NCBI RefSeq assembly: GCF_000091665.1
Contig: NC_000909.1
Coordinates: 760,712 to 792,711 of the forward strand
Length of the DNA: 32,000 nt
From: Methanocaldococcus jannaschii DSM 2661
Lineage (GTDB): Archaea > AGJL01 > Methanococci > Methanococcales > Methanocaldococcaceae
Direction of reading: 5' to 3'
Below are positions 19,984 to 29,285 of the stretch, piece after piece. A program made the translations under genes and the position numbers. Every line of letters begins with the position of its first letter. Within the stretch, counting starts at the first letter, position 1. A model generated the notes under the pieces. That model searched no databases. It was not told the DNA's origin and saw only the letters and a list, made by a program, of their open reading frames with translations.

Positions 19984-21208
19984 GTAAATCTCTTTATCAA
20001 ATTAAATACAGCTACAGTATCCCTATCAGCATAAAATCCGCAATCAAAGCAATACATTAGCCTCGAAGGCAGAGCCCTCTCATCGGCTAATTTATACAGT
20101 TGAGATAATCTACTCCCACAATTAGGACATTTTATCGAAGTGTAAGCCGGATTTCCTTCAATAACTTTAACGCCAAATTCTAAGCATTTATTTTTTAAAT
20201 AACCTAAGAATTTTTTAGCTGAGATGTTATGCAATTTATGTTTTAGTTTTTTAAATGATTTTTTAGCAATATTTTGGTTAAAATAAGGGGATAAGTCTTC
20301 AATAACTAAAACTGCATTATTTTCTTTAAGTTTTTTGGCTATTTTGTTGGCTAACTTTTTTAGTATATCTTCTCTGATATTTTTTAACCTCCTACCGAAT
20401 TTTTTAGCAAAATAAATCCTTTCCTCTTCAACGGTTTATCCTGCTTATGAATTCCTTTAAAAGAAAATTTCTCTTGAATGTTAGTCATTATGTTGGAGTA
20501 TTTTTCGGTTAATTTTCCTAAATCTGTTTTTATTAACTCTATATTTTCGAAATTACCATAGGTTATATTGTCTAAGTTAAAATCTAAGGCATAAACGGTT
20601 TTATAACTATCATTAATTGTTATCTCCTTCTCTAATGGAATTAAAACAGTTATCGTTCCATCTTCTTTATTCAATCTCAATTTAAATCCAGCTTTTATTC
20701 CCCAGCCTTCATTTAGCAGTTTAAAAAACTGTTTATGAGGCTTTAGGGGAATAACTATTCTACCATTCGGTGTAGATAATCTTAAATGCAAAGTTTTCTT
20801 TCCTTCTTTGTCTATCAAAAATAGTTTTTCTATATTGTTTTTAAAATCTCTATAGTTTGTTAAAACGTCATCTAACCATAAGGAAATGTTTTTAATTTTT
20901 GGTTTTGAAGTGTAAGCTTTATCTCTCTTTTTCATTGCTATAAAGCTTTTTATTCTCGTGGATGCATCTTGAGAGGCTGTATAAATATAATGAGTCGGTA
21001 ACTTTGGGAGTTTGGATTTTATTTCTTCATAAATTCCCTCTCTAATCTTTCTATGGCTCTTTCTATTATTTTTTAAACCGAAATCTAAAGCAATAGATAA
21101 AACTTCTTTATAAGATTCGATAGTATTCTCTATGATTTTTATTTTTGTTTTTGTTAATGGTTTGCTTTTCAATGCAATAGTTTTAGTTAGTTTGATTGTT
21201 TTGGGCAT
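19905..21208 (-). pseudogene. tnpB: TnpB-family RNA-guided nuclease gene in two frames (IS200/IS605 or IS607-type solo tnpB)
   Basis: N-part 20384-21208 has VYALDFNLDNITYG (RuvC I). The other frame (open 20435-19905) reads EERIYFAKKFGRRLKNIREDILKKLANKIAKKLKENNAVLVIEDLSPYF...KCPNCGS...CFDCGFYADRDTVAVFNL (RuvC II, zinc ribbon, RuvC III). No tnpA in window. Confidence 0.88.
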
Positions 21209-21264
21209 GATAAGTATTTTGTAGGATTCTATTTCTATATTTTTCTTTCTATGCTATAATTTTG

Positions 21265-21606
21265 CTATTGTTTGTTATTATTTGATATGGGCTTAGAATT
21301 GTTTTGAATCCTTAACCTCTCAATATATCTTTTTAGGACCTGCTCACTATCATAATTAATTCTAACATTCATCTTCTTAAACTCTTCCTTCAACTCCTCT
21401 ATATTTGTGTCTTTATCTATAAAAAATACTTGATAACTTGTTGTTGAGTTTATATTAAAGATGGCAACTTTATCATCATCCTTTAGCTCTCTTTTATCAA
21501 TGGCAGCTCTAACTTTAACGAAATTTTCCATTTCGCTATTTAATGCCTCTTTAACAGTTAATATGGATATTAGGGTAGCAACAAACTCTACATTTTTATC
21601 GTTCAT
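21265..21606 (-). CDS. Small conserved methanogen protein (possibly DUF749-like)
   Basis: Complete ORF in a compact minus-strand gene array; family call weak. Confidence 0.55.
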   Translation of the reverse strand: MNDKNVEFVATLISILTVKEALNSEMENFVKVRAAIDKRELKDDDKVAIFNINSTTSYQVFFIDKDTNIEELKEEFKKMNVRINYDSEQVLKRYIERLRIQNNSKPISNNNKQ

Positions 21607-21639
21607 AGTATCCCTTAATTAATGTTAATTATTCTTATT

Positions 21640-22134
21640 TTATTCCTCTTCAAATTTAATTTCTTCCTCTGGAAGTATATAAAATACATAGTTCTCTCTC
21701 TTTGCTGGAACTTCTTTTAAGAATAACACAATCCCATTAACTGGGGTATTAACAAATCTTATATCTCCCTTTCTACTTTGTAAAGCGGCTATTCTATGCC
21801 CACCCAAAATTCTACAACCAAAATCTACAATTGGATAGACTTTATAACCCTCAGCAGGAATCTCTAATAATTTAGTTCCTTTTTTAATGTATGTTATCTG
21901 TCTAACTCCACCAACTTCATACTCTATAATCATATCTTTAGTAACAGTTCCCATTAATACATAGTTATCAAAATCATCGTATATAACTTGATATAAAACC
22001 TTTCCATCTCCTTCATATTCTTCATCTTTATCTAAAAATTTTATTACTTTTCCGCCATTTTCAATAACTACCTTTCTTCCCTCATGTTTCTCAGCGTTTT
22101 CAACATACAACCTTGGAATTCTCATAATATTCAC
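21640..22134 (-). CDS. Conserved archaeal protein (DUF2118-like)
   Basis: MRIPRLYVENAEKHEGRKVVIENGGKV...ILPEEEIKFEEE, 12 nt from idsA stop; family from recall. Confidence 0.6.
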   Translation of the reverse strand: MNIMRIPRLYVENAEKHEGRKVVIENGGKVIKFLDKDEEYEGDGKVLYQVIYDDFDNYVLMGTVTKDMIIEYEVGGVRQITYIKKGTKLLEIPAEGYKVYPIVDFGCRILGGHRIAALQSRKGDIRFVNTPVNGIVLFLKEVPAKRENYVFYILPEEEIKFEEE

Positions 22135-22146
22135 CCCAAATAAAAT

Positions 22147-23100
22147 TTAATAAATTCTACTCATTATAAAATCAGCCAAATCCTCTAAAACTTTCCTTCT
22201 GTCTTTATTGAATATCTTTAAATATTCTTTTGCTTCTTCAGTTTTTTGTTTCATAAGTTCTTTTGCATATTCAATTGAAGGCTTTAATATCTCAATTGCT
22301 TCTTTAATTTCTTCATCCTTAACATTTTTATTTCCTAAAATTTCCAATAATCTTTTCTTTTTATCTTCATCCAATGTTTTTAGGGCGTGGATAACAATTA
22401 TTGTCTTTTTACCTTCTCTTATATCACTTCCAACTGGCTTACCTAACTTTTTCTGGTCCCCAATTAAATCTAAAACATCATCCTGTATTTGAAAAGTTAA
22501 TCCAATTCTTTTTGCATACTCTTTTAATGCTTCCCTTTCTTCTTCATTACAATCAGCCATAACAGCCCCAATTCCCACAGAAGCCTCTAATAAAGCTCCT
22601 GTCTTTTTTCTAATCATATCTAAGTATTCTTCCATTGTAGGATAGTAGTTTTCAAATTCCATGTCCATTGCCTGCCCTTCACAAACCTCAACACATGCTT
22701 TTGATAGGATTTTTAAAACTTCATGAGCTTTTTTATTATCTTTTATTCTTGAAACTGCTTCAAAAGCTTTAGCATATAATAAATCTCCAGCTAAGATAGC
22801 CATTGGCTCTCCATAGACAACATGAACTGTTGGTTTTCCTCTCCTCTCATCATCATTGTCCATAATGTCATCATGTATTAAGGTGTAGTTGTGAATTAAC
22901 TCTACTGCAGCAGCGGCTGGCAAAACCTCCTCAATATCGTCTTTCTTCAACATATAAGTTACTACAGTTAAATATGGCCTAATTCTCTTTCCTCCAGCAA
23001 ATAGAAGATGTTTTGACGCGTTATATAGTTTATCATCTTTATCTACATAAGTCTTTAATTCTTCATCAATTTTTTGTAAAATATTTTTATCAAAGAGCAT
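22147..23100 (-). CDS. idsA: Short-chain isoprenyl diphosphate synthase (FPP/GGPP synthase)
   Basis: LIHDDIMDNDDERRG (first DDxxD) and LTFQIQDDVLD (second DDxxD); ATG 23100 preferred over track start 23130. Confidence 0.94.
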   Translation of the reverse strand: MLFDKNILQKIDEELKTYVDKDDKLYNASKHLLFAGGKRIRPYLTVVTYMLKKDDIEEVLPAAAAVELIHNYTLIHDDIMDNDDERRGKPTVHVVYGEPMAILAGDLLYAKAFEAVSRIKDNKKAHEVLKILSKACVEVCEGQAMDMEFENYYPTMEEYLDMIRKKTGALLEASVGIGAVMADCNEEEREALKEYAKRIGLTFQIQDDVLDLIGDQKKLGKPVGSDIREGKKTIIVIHALKTLDEDKKKRLLEILGNKNVKDEEIKEAIEILKPSIEYAKELMKQKTEEAKEYLKIFNKDRRKVLEDLADFIMSRIY

Positions 23101-23113
23101 AATTCCACCTCTT

Positions 23114-24460
23114 TTAAATAATTCTTTCAAAGCTCAAACACTGCCCATTTCTTAATAAATGAACATCCTCTCCCAATCTATAACCTTCTTCCTCAGCTAA
23201 TTTTGTATATTCAGCTGTTAAGTTAAAGTCCCCATGTGAAGGAATTATATGCTCTGGATTTAACCACCTTAGCATGTCCCTATGGTCTTCTTTTGCAGCA
23301 TGTCCTGAAACATGAGCTCCTTTAAATATTCTAACTCCCAACAACTTTAATCTTGATTCTAACATGTATCTTTGAGCTGCATTCATTGGATTTGGAATTG
23401 GGTCTGCTGAGAACACAACACAGTCATATTTTTCAAACTTGTATGGGGTTTTGTTTGTAGCCATTCTTGACAATACAGCCCCTTCCTCTCCCTGATGTCC
23501 TGTGGCTATTATTAGATATTTCTCCTTACCCTCTTTAACTATATTCTTTAAAGCCATCTCTATTGAACTTGGGTCTCCATAAATCCTTAAATCTTCAGGG
23601 AATTTAACCAACCCAATATCTTGGGCTATTCCACAGAATCTCATCATACTTCTTCCTAATAAAACAGGAGTTCTGCCCATTTTTTCTGCTATATCTGTAA
23701 TTGATTTTATCCTTGCAATATGGGAGGAGAATGTTGTTACAATAATACCGTGTTTGTCATTGTCAGCTGCTAATAAGTCATTTTTCAATAAACCAGAAGC
23801 GATAATTTCAGGTGGTGTTTTACCTTCGTGATTTATTCTTGTAGTTTCTGATATAAAGCATAACACCCCATTTTTACCAACTTTTTTTATTGCTCTATAA
23901 TCTGGTCTTTCACCAACAACTGGGAAGTTGTCAAATTTAAAGTCGTTTCCATAGACAATTGAACCATAAGGGGTGTGTAAAACTGGCAATACAGAGTCTG
24001 GAATACTATGGGTTATTCTAATAAACTCTAAGGTTATGTTTGGAGTTAAATCTATAGATTCTCCAGCGTTTAAAACAATTAATGGGTTTCTTACATCAAA
24101 TTTTTTCTCACTTAATATCTCTCTTTTAACCAGTTCAATTGTATAAGGTGTTCCAATAATTGGAGCGTTGTATCTATGGGCTAATTTTGGCACAGCTCCA
24201 ATATGGTCTAAATGCCCGTGAGATAAGACAATTGCTTTAACTTCTCCCTCAATATTTTTCATAACTGTATCGTTTGGAATTATTCCCTTTTCAATTAACT
24301 CTAAGCTATGAAGCTTTGATATGTCAGTATCTTCATGAATCAAAACTCTATCTAATCTTATTCCCATATCCAATATTATAATCTCTCCATCTACATTAAC
24401 TGCTGTCATATTTCTACCAACTTCTTCATAACCTCCAATAGCAATAATTTCCAATTTCAC
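23114..24460 (-). CDS. rnj: Archaeal RNase J (metallo-beta-lactamase/beta-CASP exoribonuclease)
   Basis: AIVLSHGHLDHIGAVP, VYGNDFKFDN, IATGHQGEEGA, PSHGDFN motifs. Confidence 0.92.
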   Translation of the reverse strand: MKLEIIAIGGYEEVGRNMTAVNVDGEIIILDMGIRLDRVLIHEDTDISKLHSLELIEKGIIPNDTVMKNIEGEVKAIVLSHGHLDHIGAVPKLAHRYNAPIIGTPYTIELVKREILSEKKFDVRNPLIVLNAGESIDLTPNITLEFIRITHSIPDSVLPVLHTPYGSIVYGNDFKFDNFPVVGERPDYRAIKKVGKNGVLCFISETTRINHEGKTPPEIIASGLLKNDLLAADNDKHGIIVTTFSSHIARIKSITDIAEKMGRTPVLLGRSMMRFCGIAQDIGLVKFPEDLRIYGDPSSIEMALKNIVKEGKEKYLIIATGHQGEEGAVLSRMATNKTPYKFEKYDCVVFSADPIPNPMNAAQRYMLESRLKLLGVRIFKGAHVSGHAAKEDHRDMLRWLNPEHIIPSHGDFNLTAEYTKLAEEEGYRLGEDVHLLRNGQCLSFERII

Positions 24461-24591
24461 TCTCTCACATCCTTTAATTTTTTATAATTTTAATGTTTAT
24501 AAATATTTAATTATTTTAAATAAATTTACAGCCTAACATCTAAGATAAAAATAAAAATCATAAATGGGATAACAGTATTAACAATACTGTT

Positions 24592-25671
24592 TTATTTTAA
24601 TCTCTGGGAAATCCATTCTTTTAAAGTTCCTTTAACTATATAAGATGTTTTTTTAAGTTCTTCAATATTTTCAGCTCCAACTAAAAACATCGCTATTTTT
24701 AACTCTTTTATATAGCTCTCTAAAACTTTAACAACCTCTTCCCAGCCCTTTAAACTTGCTTTTAATATAGGCAAAGCAACTGAACAGCAATCACAACCAA
24801 TTGCTATACATTTAGCTATATCTAAACCTCCTCTTATGCCTCCAGAACCAATAACTATACCATCATAAACGCTTTTTACTTCAAATATTGAAGCGGCAGT
24901 TGGAATGCCCCAATTAGCAAATTTTTCAGCCAATCTTTTAATTTCCTCCTCCTTAACTCTATAAATCTCAACCTTTGCCCATGAAGTGCCTCCACTTCCT
25001 TGAACATCTATTGCATCAAAGCCAATATCTTTTAAAATTAATGCATCTTCCTTTGAAAAACCTTCTCCTACTTGTTTAGCAATAAATGGAATATTTTTAT
25101 AGCTTTTTTTGTAATTTGAAATAATTTCTTTGAGTTTATATAGGTTTTTAAAGTTTAAATCACCTTCTGGCTGTATAATCTCTTGTAATGGATTGAAATG
25201 TATAGCTATAGCATCGGCATCTATCATTTCAATTGCCTTATCTATAATCTCCTCATCCCAATCATCAACAATGAAATTAACTGCTCCTAAGTTACCTATA
25301 ACTAAATTGTTTGTGTAGTCTCTAACAATGCTATAGGTATCTATCAGCTCATCATTAACAATAGCTGCCCTCTGAGAGCCAACACCCATACCTAAGCCGA
25401 GTTCTTCAACTGCCTTGGCTATATTCTTGTTTATCTCCTTTGCCTTACTATGCCCCCCAGTCATACCAGAAACAATAATTGGAGCAGATAGTTTTTTTCC
25501 AAACAATTCTATTTCTGTTTCTATATCATTAAAATTAATTCCGCAGGTTCCTTTGTGTATTAGTTCAATATCTTCTAATAATGTTGTTTTTTCATATTCA
25601 ACATTACAATAACTACATAGAAATATATGTTCTAATTTTCTAACTTCTATCTCATTTCTATTATTAACCAT
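24592..25671 (-). CDS. fni: Isopentenyl-diphosphate delta-isomerase type 2
   Basis: RKLEHIFLC...SGMTGGHSKAKEINKNIA...DVQGSGGTSWAKVE...ASGGIR-type GSGGIRGGLD. Confidence 0.92.
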   Translation of the reverse strand: MVNNRNEIEVRKLEHIFLCSYCNVEYEKTTLLEDIELIHKGTCGINFNDIETEIELFGKKLSAPIIVSGMTGGHSKAKEINKNIAKAVEELGLGMGVGSQRAAIVNDELIDTYSIVRDYTNNLVIGNLGAVNFIVDDWDEEIIDKAIEMIDADAIAIHFNPLQEIIQPEGDLNFKNLYKLKEIISNYKKSYKNIPFIAKQVGEGFSKEDALILKDIGFDAIDVQGSGGTSWAKVEIYRVKEEEIKRLAEKFANWGIPTAASIFEVKSVYDGIVIGSGGIRGGLDIAKCIAIGCDCCSVALPILKASLKGWEEVVKVLESYIKELKIAMFLVGAENIEELKKTSYIVKGTLKEWISQRLK

Positions 25672-25847
25672 AATTTCACCAAATACTATATAAATATTTG
25701 CTATATAACTTTGTGAAATTTTAATAACAAATTAAAAATAGACACATTATAAAAAAGTTAGTATTGACTTTATCAAAAATATTAAAAAAAGAAATAAAAT
25801 AAAAATTATGAATAATAAAAAATATTTAAATATAAAATGCTAATGGT

Positions 25848-26735
25848 TTATTCTATTCCCAATTTCTTTAAAACTGGGTCAACTGGGATTGCATGGACGC
25901 TAACAGCTAAGTCCTCTGGCTTCATTCCAAATGCCAAACCTAACAACTGACTTAAGTGTAAAACAGGAAGTTTATATTCTTCACCAAACTTCTCTTTTAT
26001 CTCTACTTGCCCCCTATCAAACTGTAAGTGGCAGAATGGACAGACATTGACGGTGCAATCAGCTCCTGCTTCAAGCATATTTCTTATTTTTTCTTTTGTC
26101 ATATCTAATGCAGTTGGTAAGAATCTCGCTCTAACTCCTCCTCCAGCTCCACAGCACATTAAATAATCCCTATACATAACTGGTTTAGCTCCAGTTGCTG
26201 CAACAATCTCCTCTAACAATTTAGGTCTTTCTGGAGAATCTAAGTGTTTAACATCACTTGGTTTTAAGAAGTGACAACCGTAGTGGATAGCAACATTTAA
26301 AACATCTAATGGCTTAACAACTTTCTCTTTTATTTTATCTACTCCAATGTCTTTATAAATCAACTCAGCAAAGTGTCTAACTTTAATAGTTCCTTTGTAT
26401 TGCTTGCCAATCTTATCCAACTTTTCATTTACAAAGTCCAATGCCTCTTTATTCTCATGTAATATGTGTGCTGCCTCAAACAATGAACCGTAACAACCGT
26501 TACAGACAGTTACAATATCTAATCCCATTTCTTCAGCAATACATAAGTTTCTTGCTGCTAATGTGAGCCATGTTTTTTGGTCGAATGAACCAAAGACTCC
26601 TGGAGCTGGACAGCAAGAAGCTCCTGGCATATATTCCAATTCTACTCCTAACTCTTCCATAACTATTTTTGTAGCTTTCTCAACTCCTGGGTATCTGTGT
26701 GGCATAATACATCCTAAGAAAAACGCATACTTCAT
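25848..26735 (-). CDS. hdrB: CoB-CoM heterodisulfide reductase subunit B
   Basis: [15 protein letters not shown]...CCPAPG...GCYGS...HYGCHFLKP...[14 protein letters not shown]-domain motifs. Confidence 0.94.
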   Translation of the reverse strand: MKYAFFLGCIMPHRYPGVEKATKIVMEELGVELEYMPGASCCPAPGVFGSFDQKTWLTLAARNLCIAEEMGLDIVTVCNGCYGSLFEAAHILHENKEALDFVNEKLDKIGKQYKGTIKVRHFAELIYKDIGVDKIKEKVVKPLDVLNVAIHYGCHFLKPSDVKHLDSPERPKLLEEIVAATGAKPVMYRDYLMCCGAGGGVRARFLPTALDMTKEKIRNMLEAGADCTVNVCPFCHLQFDRGQVEIKEKFGEEYKLPVLHLSQLLGLAFGMKPEDLAVSVHAIPVDPVLKKLGIE

Positions 26736-26805
26736 CTTATCACCAAAAATCTTATTATTTCCTTTAATTTTTTATTGTTTAATTTTAATTCTAATTTTAT
26801 TGGAT

Positions 26806-27366
26806 TTACTCCTTTAAATCCATCTTTTCCCAGTCAAATGCTATTAATTTATCAAATTTTAACTCTTTAATTAATGTTCTAACTTCTTCCAAATCCTTCT
26901 CACTGAATTGAGCTGTTGGTGACTTTGCAGGCAATCCGAGTTTTCCTCTCAACTCAACAATCTGGTTATTTGCAGGAACAGCATGTCCAAATCTTAAAAC
27001 ATAAGAAGCTGTTTTTCTATGTGCTAATGCCATATTTCCTTTTTGAGCGGCAATATTTCTTAAAGTTTTTATGATTTCTGTAATTTTAACATCTCTTGGA
27101 CATCTTTCATAACATGTATAACAAGTTGTACAATACCAGATATCATCACTATCTAAAACATCATCTAAACCTAATAAAACCTTTCTTAAAACTTTTCTTG
27201 TTCTATAAGCTGTTCTTCTTCCACTTGGACAGCTTCCAGTGCAGGTTCCACATTGGTAACAAGCTTTTATTGATTTTACGATATCTTCACCTAAAACTAA
27301 CTTTCCAGCCTCAATAACCTCATTTACGAAGTTTTTATTTACTTCATCTAACTTTATTACTGCCAT
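26806..27366 (-). CDS. hdrC: CoB-CoM heterodisulfide reductase subunit C
   Basis: CYQCGTCTGSCPSG and CTTCYTCYERCPR [4Fe-4S] motifs, upstream of hdrB. Confidence 0.94.
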   Translation of the reverse strand: MAVIKLDEVNKNFVNEVIEAGKLVLGEDIVKSIKACYQCGTCTGSCPSGRRTAYRTRKVLRKVLLGLDDVLDSDDIWYCTTCYTCYERCPRDVKITEIIKTLRNIAAQKGNMALAHRKTASYVLRFGHAVPANNQIVELRGKLGLPAKSPTAQFSEKDLEEVRTLIKELKFDKLIAFDWEKMDLKE

Positions 27367-27553
27367 AGTATCACCTCACATTAAGGTAGGGTTTTGGTTA
27401 TATATATAGTTAGAAACTTCGAATGTTAGTATTAGACACTTGTAAAATACCTCATTATAAATAAATTTTAAAATTTAATTTAAAGAGAAATTAAAAACAT
27501 GAGGGGGTTATTTTATTTAACTTCTTTTGAATAAAATTAAAGAGGGGGCTAAT

Positions 27554-28876
27554 GTGAGGATTACAATTTACAGTCCAGAAGTTTATACTTATGGTGCCAT
27601 GCTCATTGGTGGTATTTTAAAACATAAGGGCTATAACGTTCATTTAGTTAGAAAGATTGATAAAACACTATTTTTAAAGTCAGATGTTATTATTTTCAGC
27701 CTATATTCAACTCTGCACATATTGGATAAAAATATCAGAGAGGCTATAGACTTTATAAAAAAAGTTAGGAAAAACAAAACCAAAGTTTATGTTGCAGGTT
27801 GTGTTTCAACGTATCCAGAGATTATTTTAAATGAGCTAAATGTAGATGGGGTTATAGTTGGAGAGGGTGAGATAACAACACCAAAAATTATTGAGGGAGA
27901 TAAAGAGGGATTGGCTTATAAAGAGGGAGATGAGATAGTTATAAACTATCCAAAGGAAAAGCCAGATTTGAATCATCCTCTCCCACTAATACCAAAGGAT
28001 ATTGAACAGCAGTCGATTAGAGGAGCTAATGTTTATATAGAGACACATAGAGGTTGTTTGGGTAATTGCACTTTTTGTCAAGTTCCAAAGTTTTTTGGAA
28101 AAACCATTAGAAGTAGGGATGTTGAGGATGTTGTTGAGGAGGTTAAAGCATTTAAAAGGGCTGGAGCTAAGAGAATTGCAATAAGTGGAGGTACTGGAAG
28201 TTTATATGCCTTTAAAAAATCGATAAACAGAGATAAGTTTTTTGAGCTTTTGGAAAAGGTTTCTGAAGTTATTGGGAAAAATAATTTATCTGTTCCAGAT
28301 ATGAGGGTTGATTATGTTGATGAAGAAATATTAGAGGCAATAAAAAACTATACAATTGGATGGGTGTTTTATGGAATAGAGAGTGGGAGCGATAAAATTT
28401 TAAAAGATATGAAGAAAGGAACTAATAGGGAAAAGAACTTAGATGCAATAAAATTGGCTAAGGATTGTGGAGTTAAAGTAGCTGGAAGTTTTATAGTTGC
28501 ATATCCAACAGAGACGGAGATGGATTATCTATTAACAAAAGATTTTATTGTAGATGCTGAGTTGGATGATGTTTTTGTATCTATTGCTGAGCCAATTCCA
28601 ACCACGGAGTTGTGCGATTTAGTTCTATCTATGCCTAAGGAAGAGAATTTGCTATATAAGATGCATGAGGGAGAATATAGAAAACTTGGATTAAGTGAGG
28701 CAGAGGCAAGATGCTTTGATTTGCTGATTCACGCTGAAATGTGGAAGAGTATGCCAAAACCTTTAACTCCTCAACTCTATAACTTATATTTAAATGAGGC
28801 GAGGATACAAGGGAAAGATATAAGAGCTATAACGGATTTATTGTTTAAGTATAGAGATTTATTACTAAAAAAATAA
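27554..28876 (+). CDS. B12-binding-type radical SAM protein (MJ0865-like)
   Basis: N-terminal Rossmann/B12-like ITIYSPEVYTYGAMLIGGILKHKGY, then ETHRGCLGNCTFCQVP radical SAM; GTG 27554 with AGAGGGGG upstream preferred over TTG 27527. Confidence 0.85.
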   Translation: MRITIYSPEVYTYGAMLIGGILKHKGYNVHLVRKIDKTLFLKSDVIIFSLYSTLHILDKNIREAIDFIKKVRKNKTKVYVAGCVSTYPEIILNELNVDGVIVGEGEITTPKIIEGDKEGLAYKEGDEIVINYPKEKPDLNHPLPLIPKDIEQQSIRGANVYIETHRGCLGNCTFCQVPKFFGKTIRSRDVEDVVEEVKAFKRAGAKRIAISGGTGSLYAFKKSINRDKFFELLEKVSEVIGKNNLSVPDMRVDYVDEEILEAIKNYTIGWVFYGIESGSDKILKDMKKGTNREKNLDAIKLAKDCGVKVAGSFIVAYPTETEMDYLLTKDFIVDAELDDVFVSIAEPIPTTELCDLVLSMPKEENLLYKMHEGEYRKLGLSEAEARCFDLLIHAEMWKSMPKPLTPQLYNLYLNEARIQGKDIRAITDLLFKYRDLLLKK

Positions 28877-28895
28877 AAAATAATTTGGTGGGAGA

Positions 28896-29285
28896 ATGTG
28901 TATCTTCTGCAAAATAATCAATGGAGAGATTCCAGCAAAGGTTGTTTATGAAGATGAGCATGTTTTAGCTTTTTTAGATATAAATCCAAGAAATAAAGGG
29001 CATACTTTGGTTGTTCCTAAAAAGCACTATGAAAGATTTGATGAAATGCCTGATGATGAGCTCTGCAACTTTATAAAAGGAGTTAAAAAGACTGTTGAAG
29101 TTCTAAAAAAGCTTGGATTTGATGGCTACAATATAGTCAATAACAACGGCAGAGTTGCGGGGCAAGAAGTTAATCATGTTCATTTCCATATCATTCCAAG
29201 GTATGAAGGAGACGGAGAGGTTGTTAAATTTGGAGAGGTTAAAAACGTTGATTTAGATGAGGTTTTAAAGGAAATTAAAGGATAA
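28896..29285 (+). CDS. HIT-family nucleotide hydrolase
   Basis: CIFCKIINGEIPAKVVYEDE...VNHVHFHIIPR histidine triad. Confidence 0.93.
   Translation: MCIFCKIINGEIPAKVVYEDEHVLAFLDINPRNKGHTLVVPKKHYERFDEMPDDELCNFIKGVKKTVEVLKKLGFDGYNIVNNNGRVAGQEVNHVHFHIIPRYEGDGEVVKFGEVKNVDLDEVLKEIKG

Noticed and set aside
22208-26817. ORFs 22208-22492, 25130-25318, 25415-25612, 26563-26817 (+) and 27096-27317 (+)
   Set aside because: Antisense to idsA, fni, hdrB and hdrC
27499-27534. Tiny ORF MRGLFYLTSFE upstream of the radical SAM gene
   Set aside because: Only 11 codons; could be a leader peptide but there is no supporting evidence
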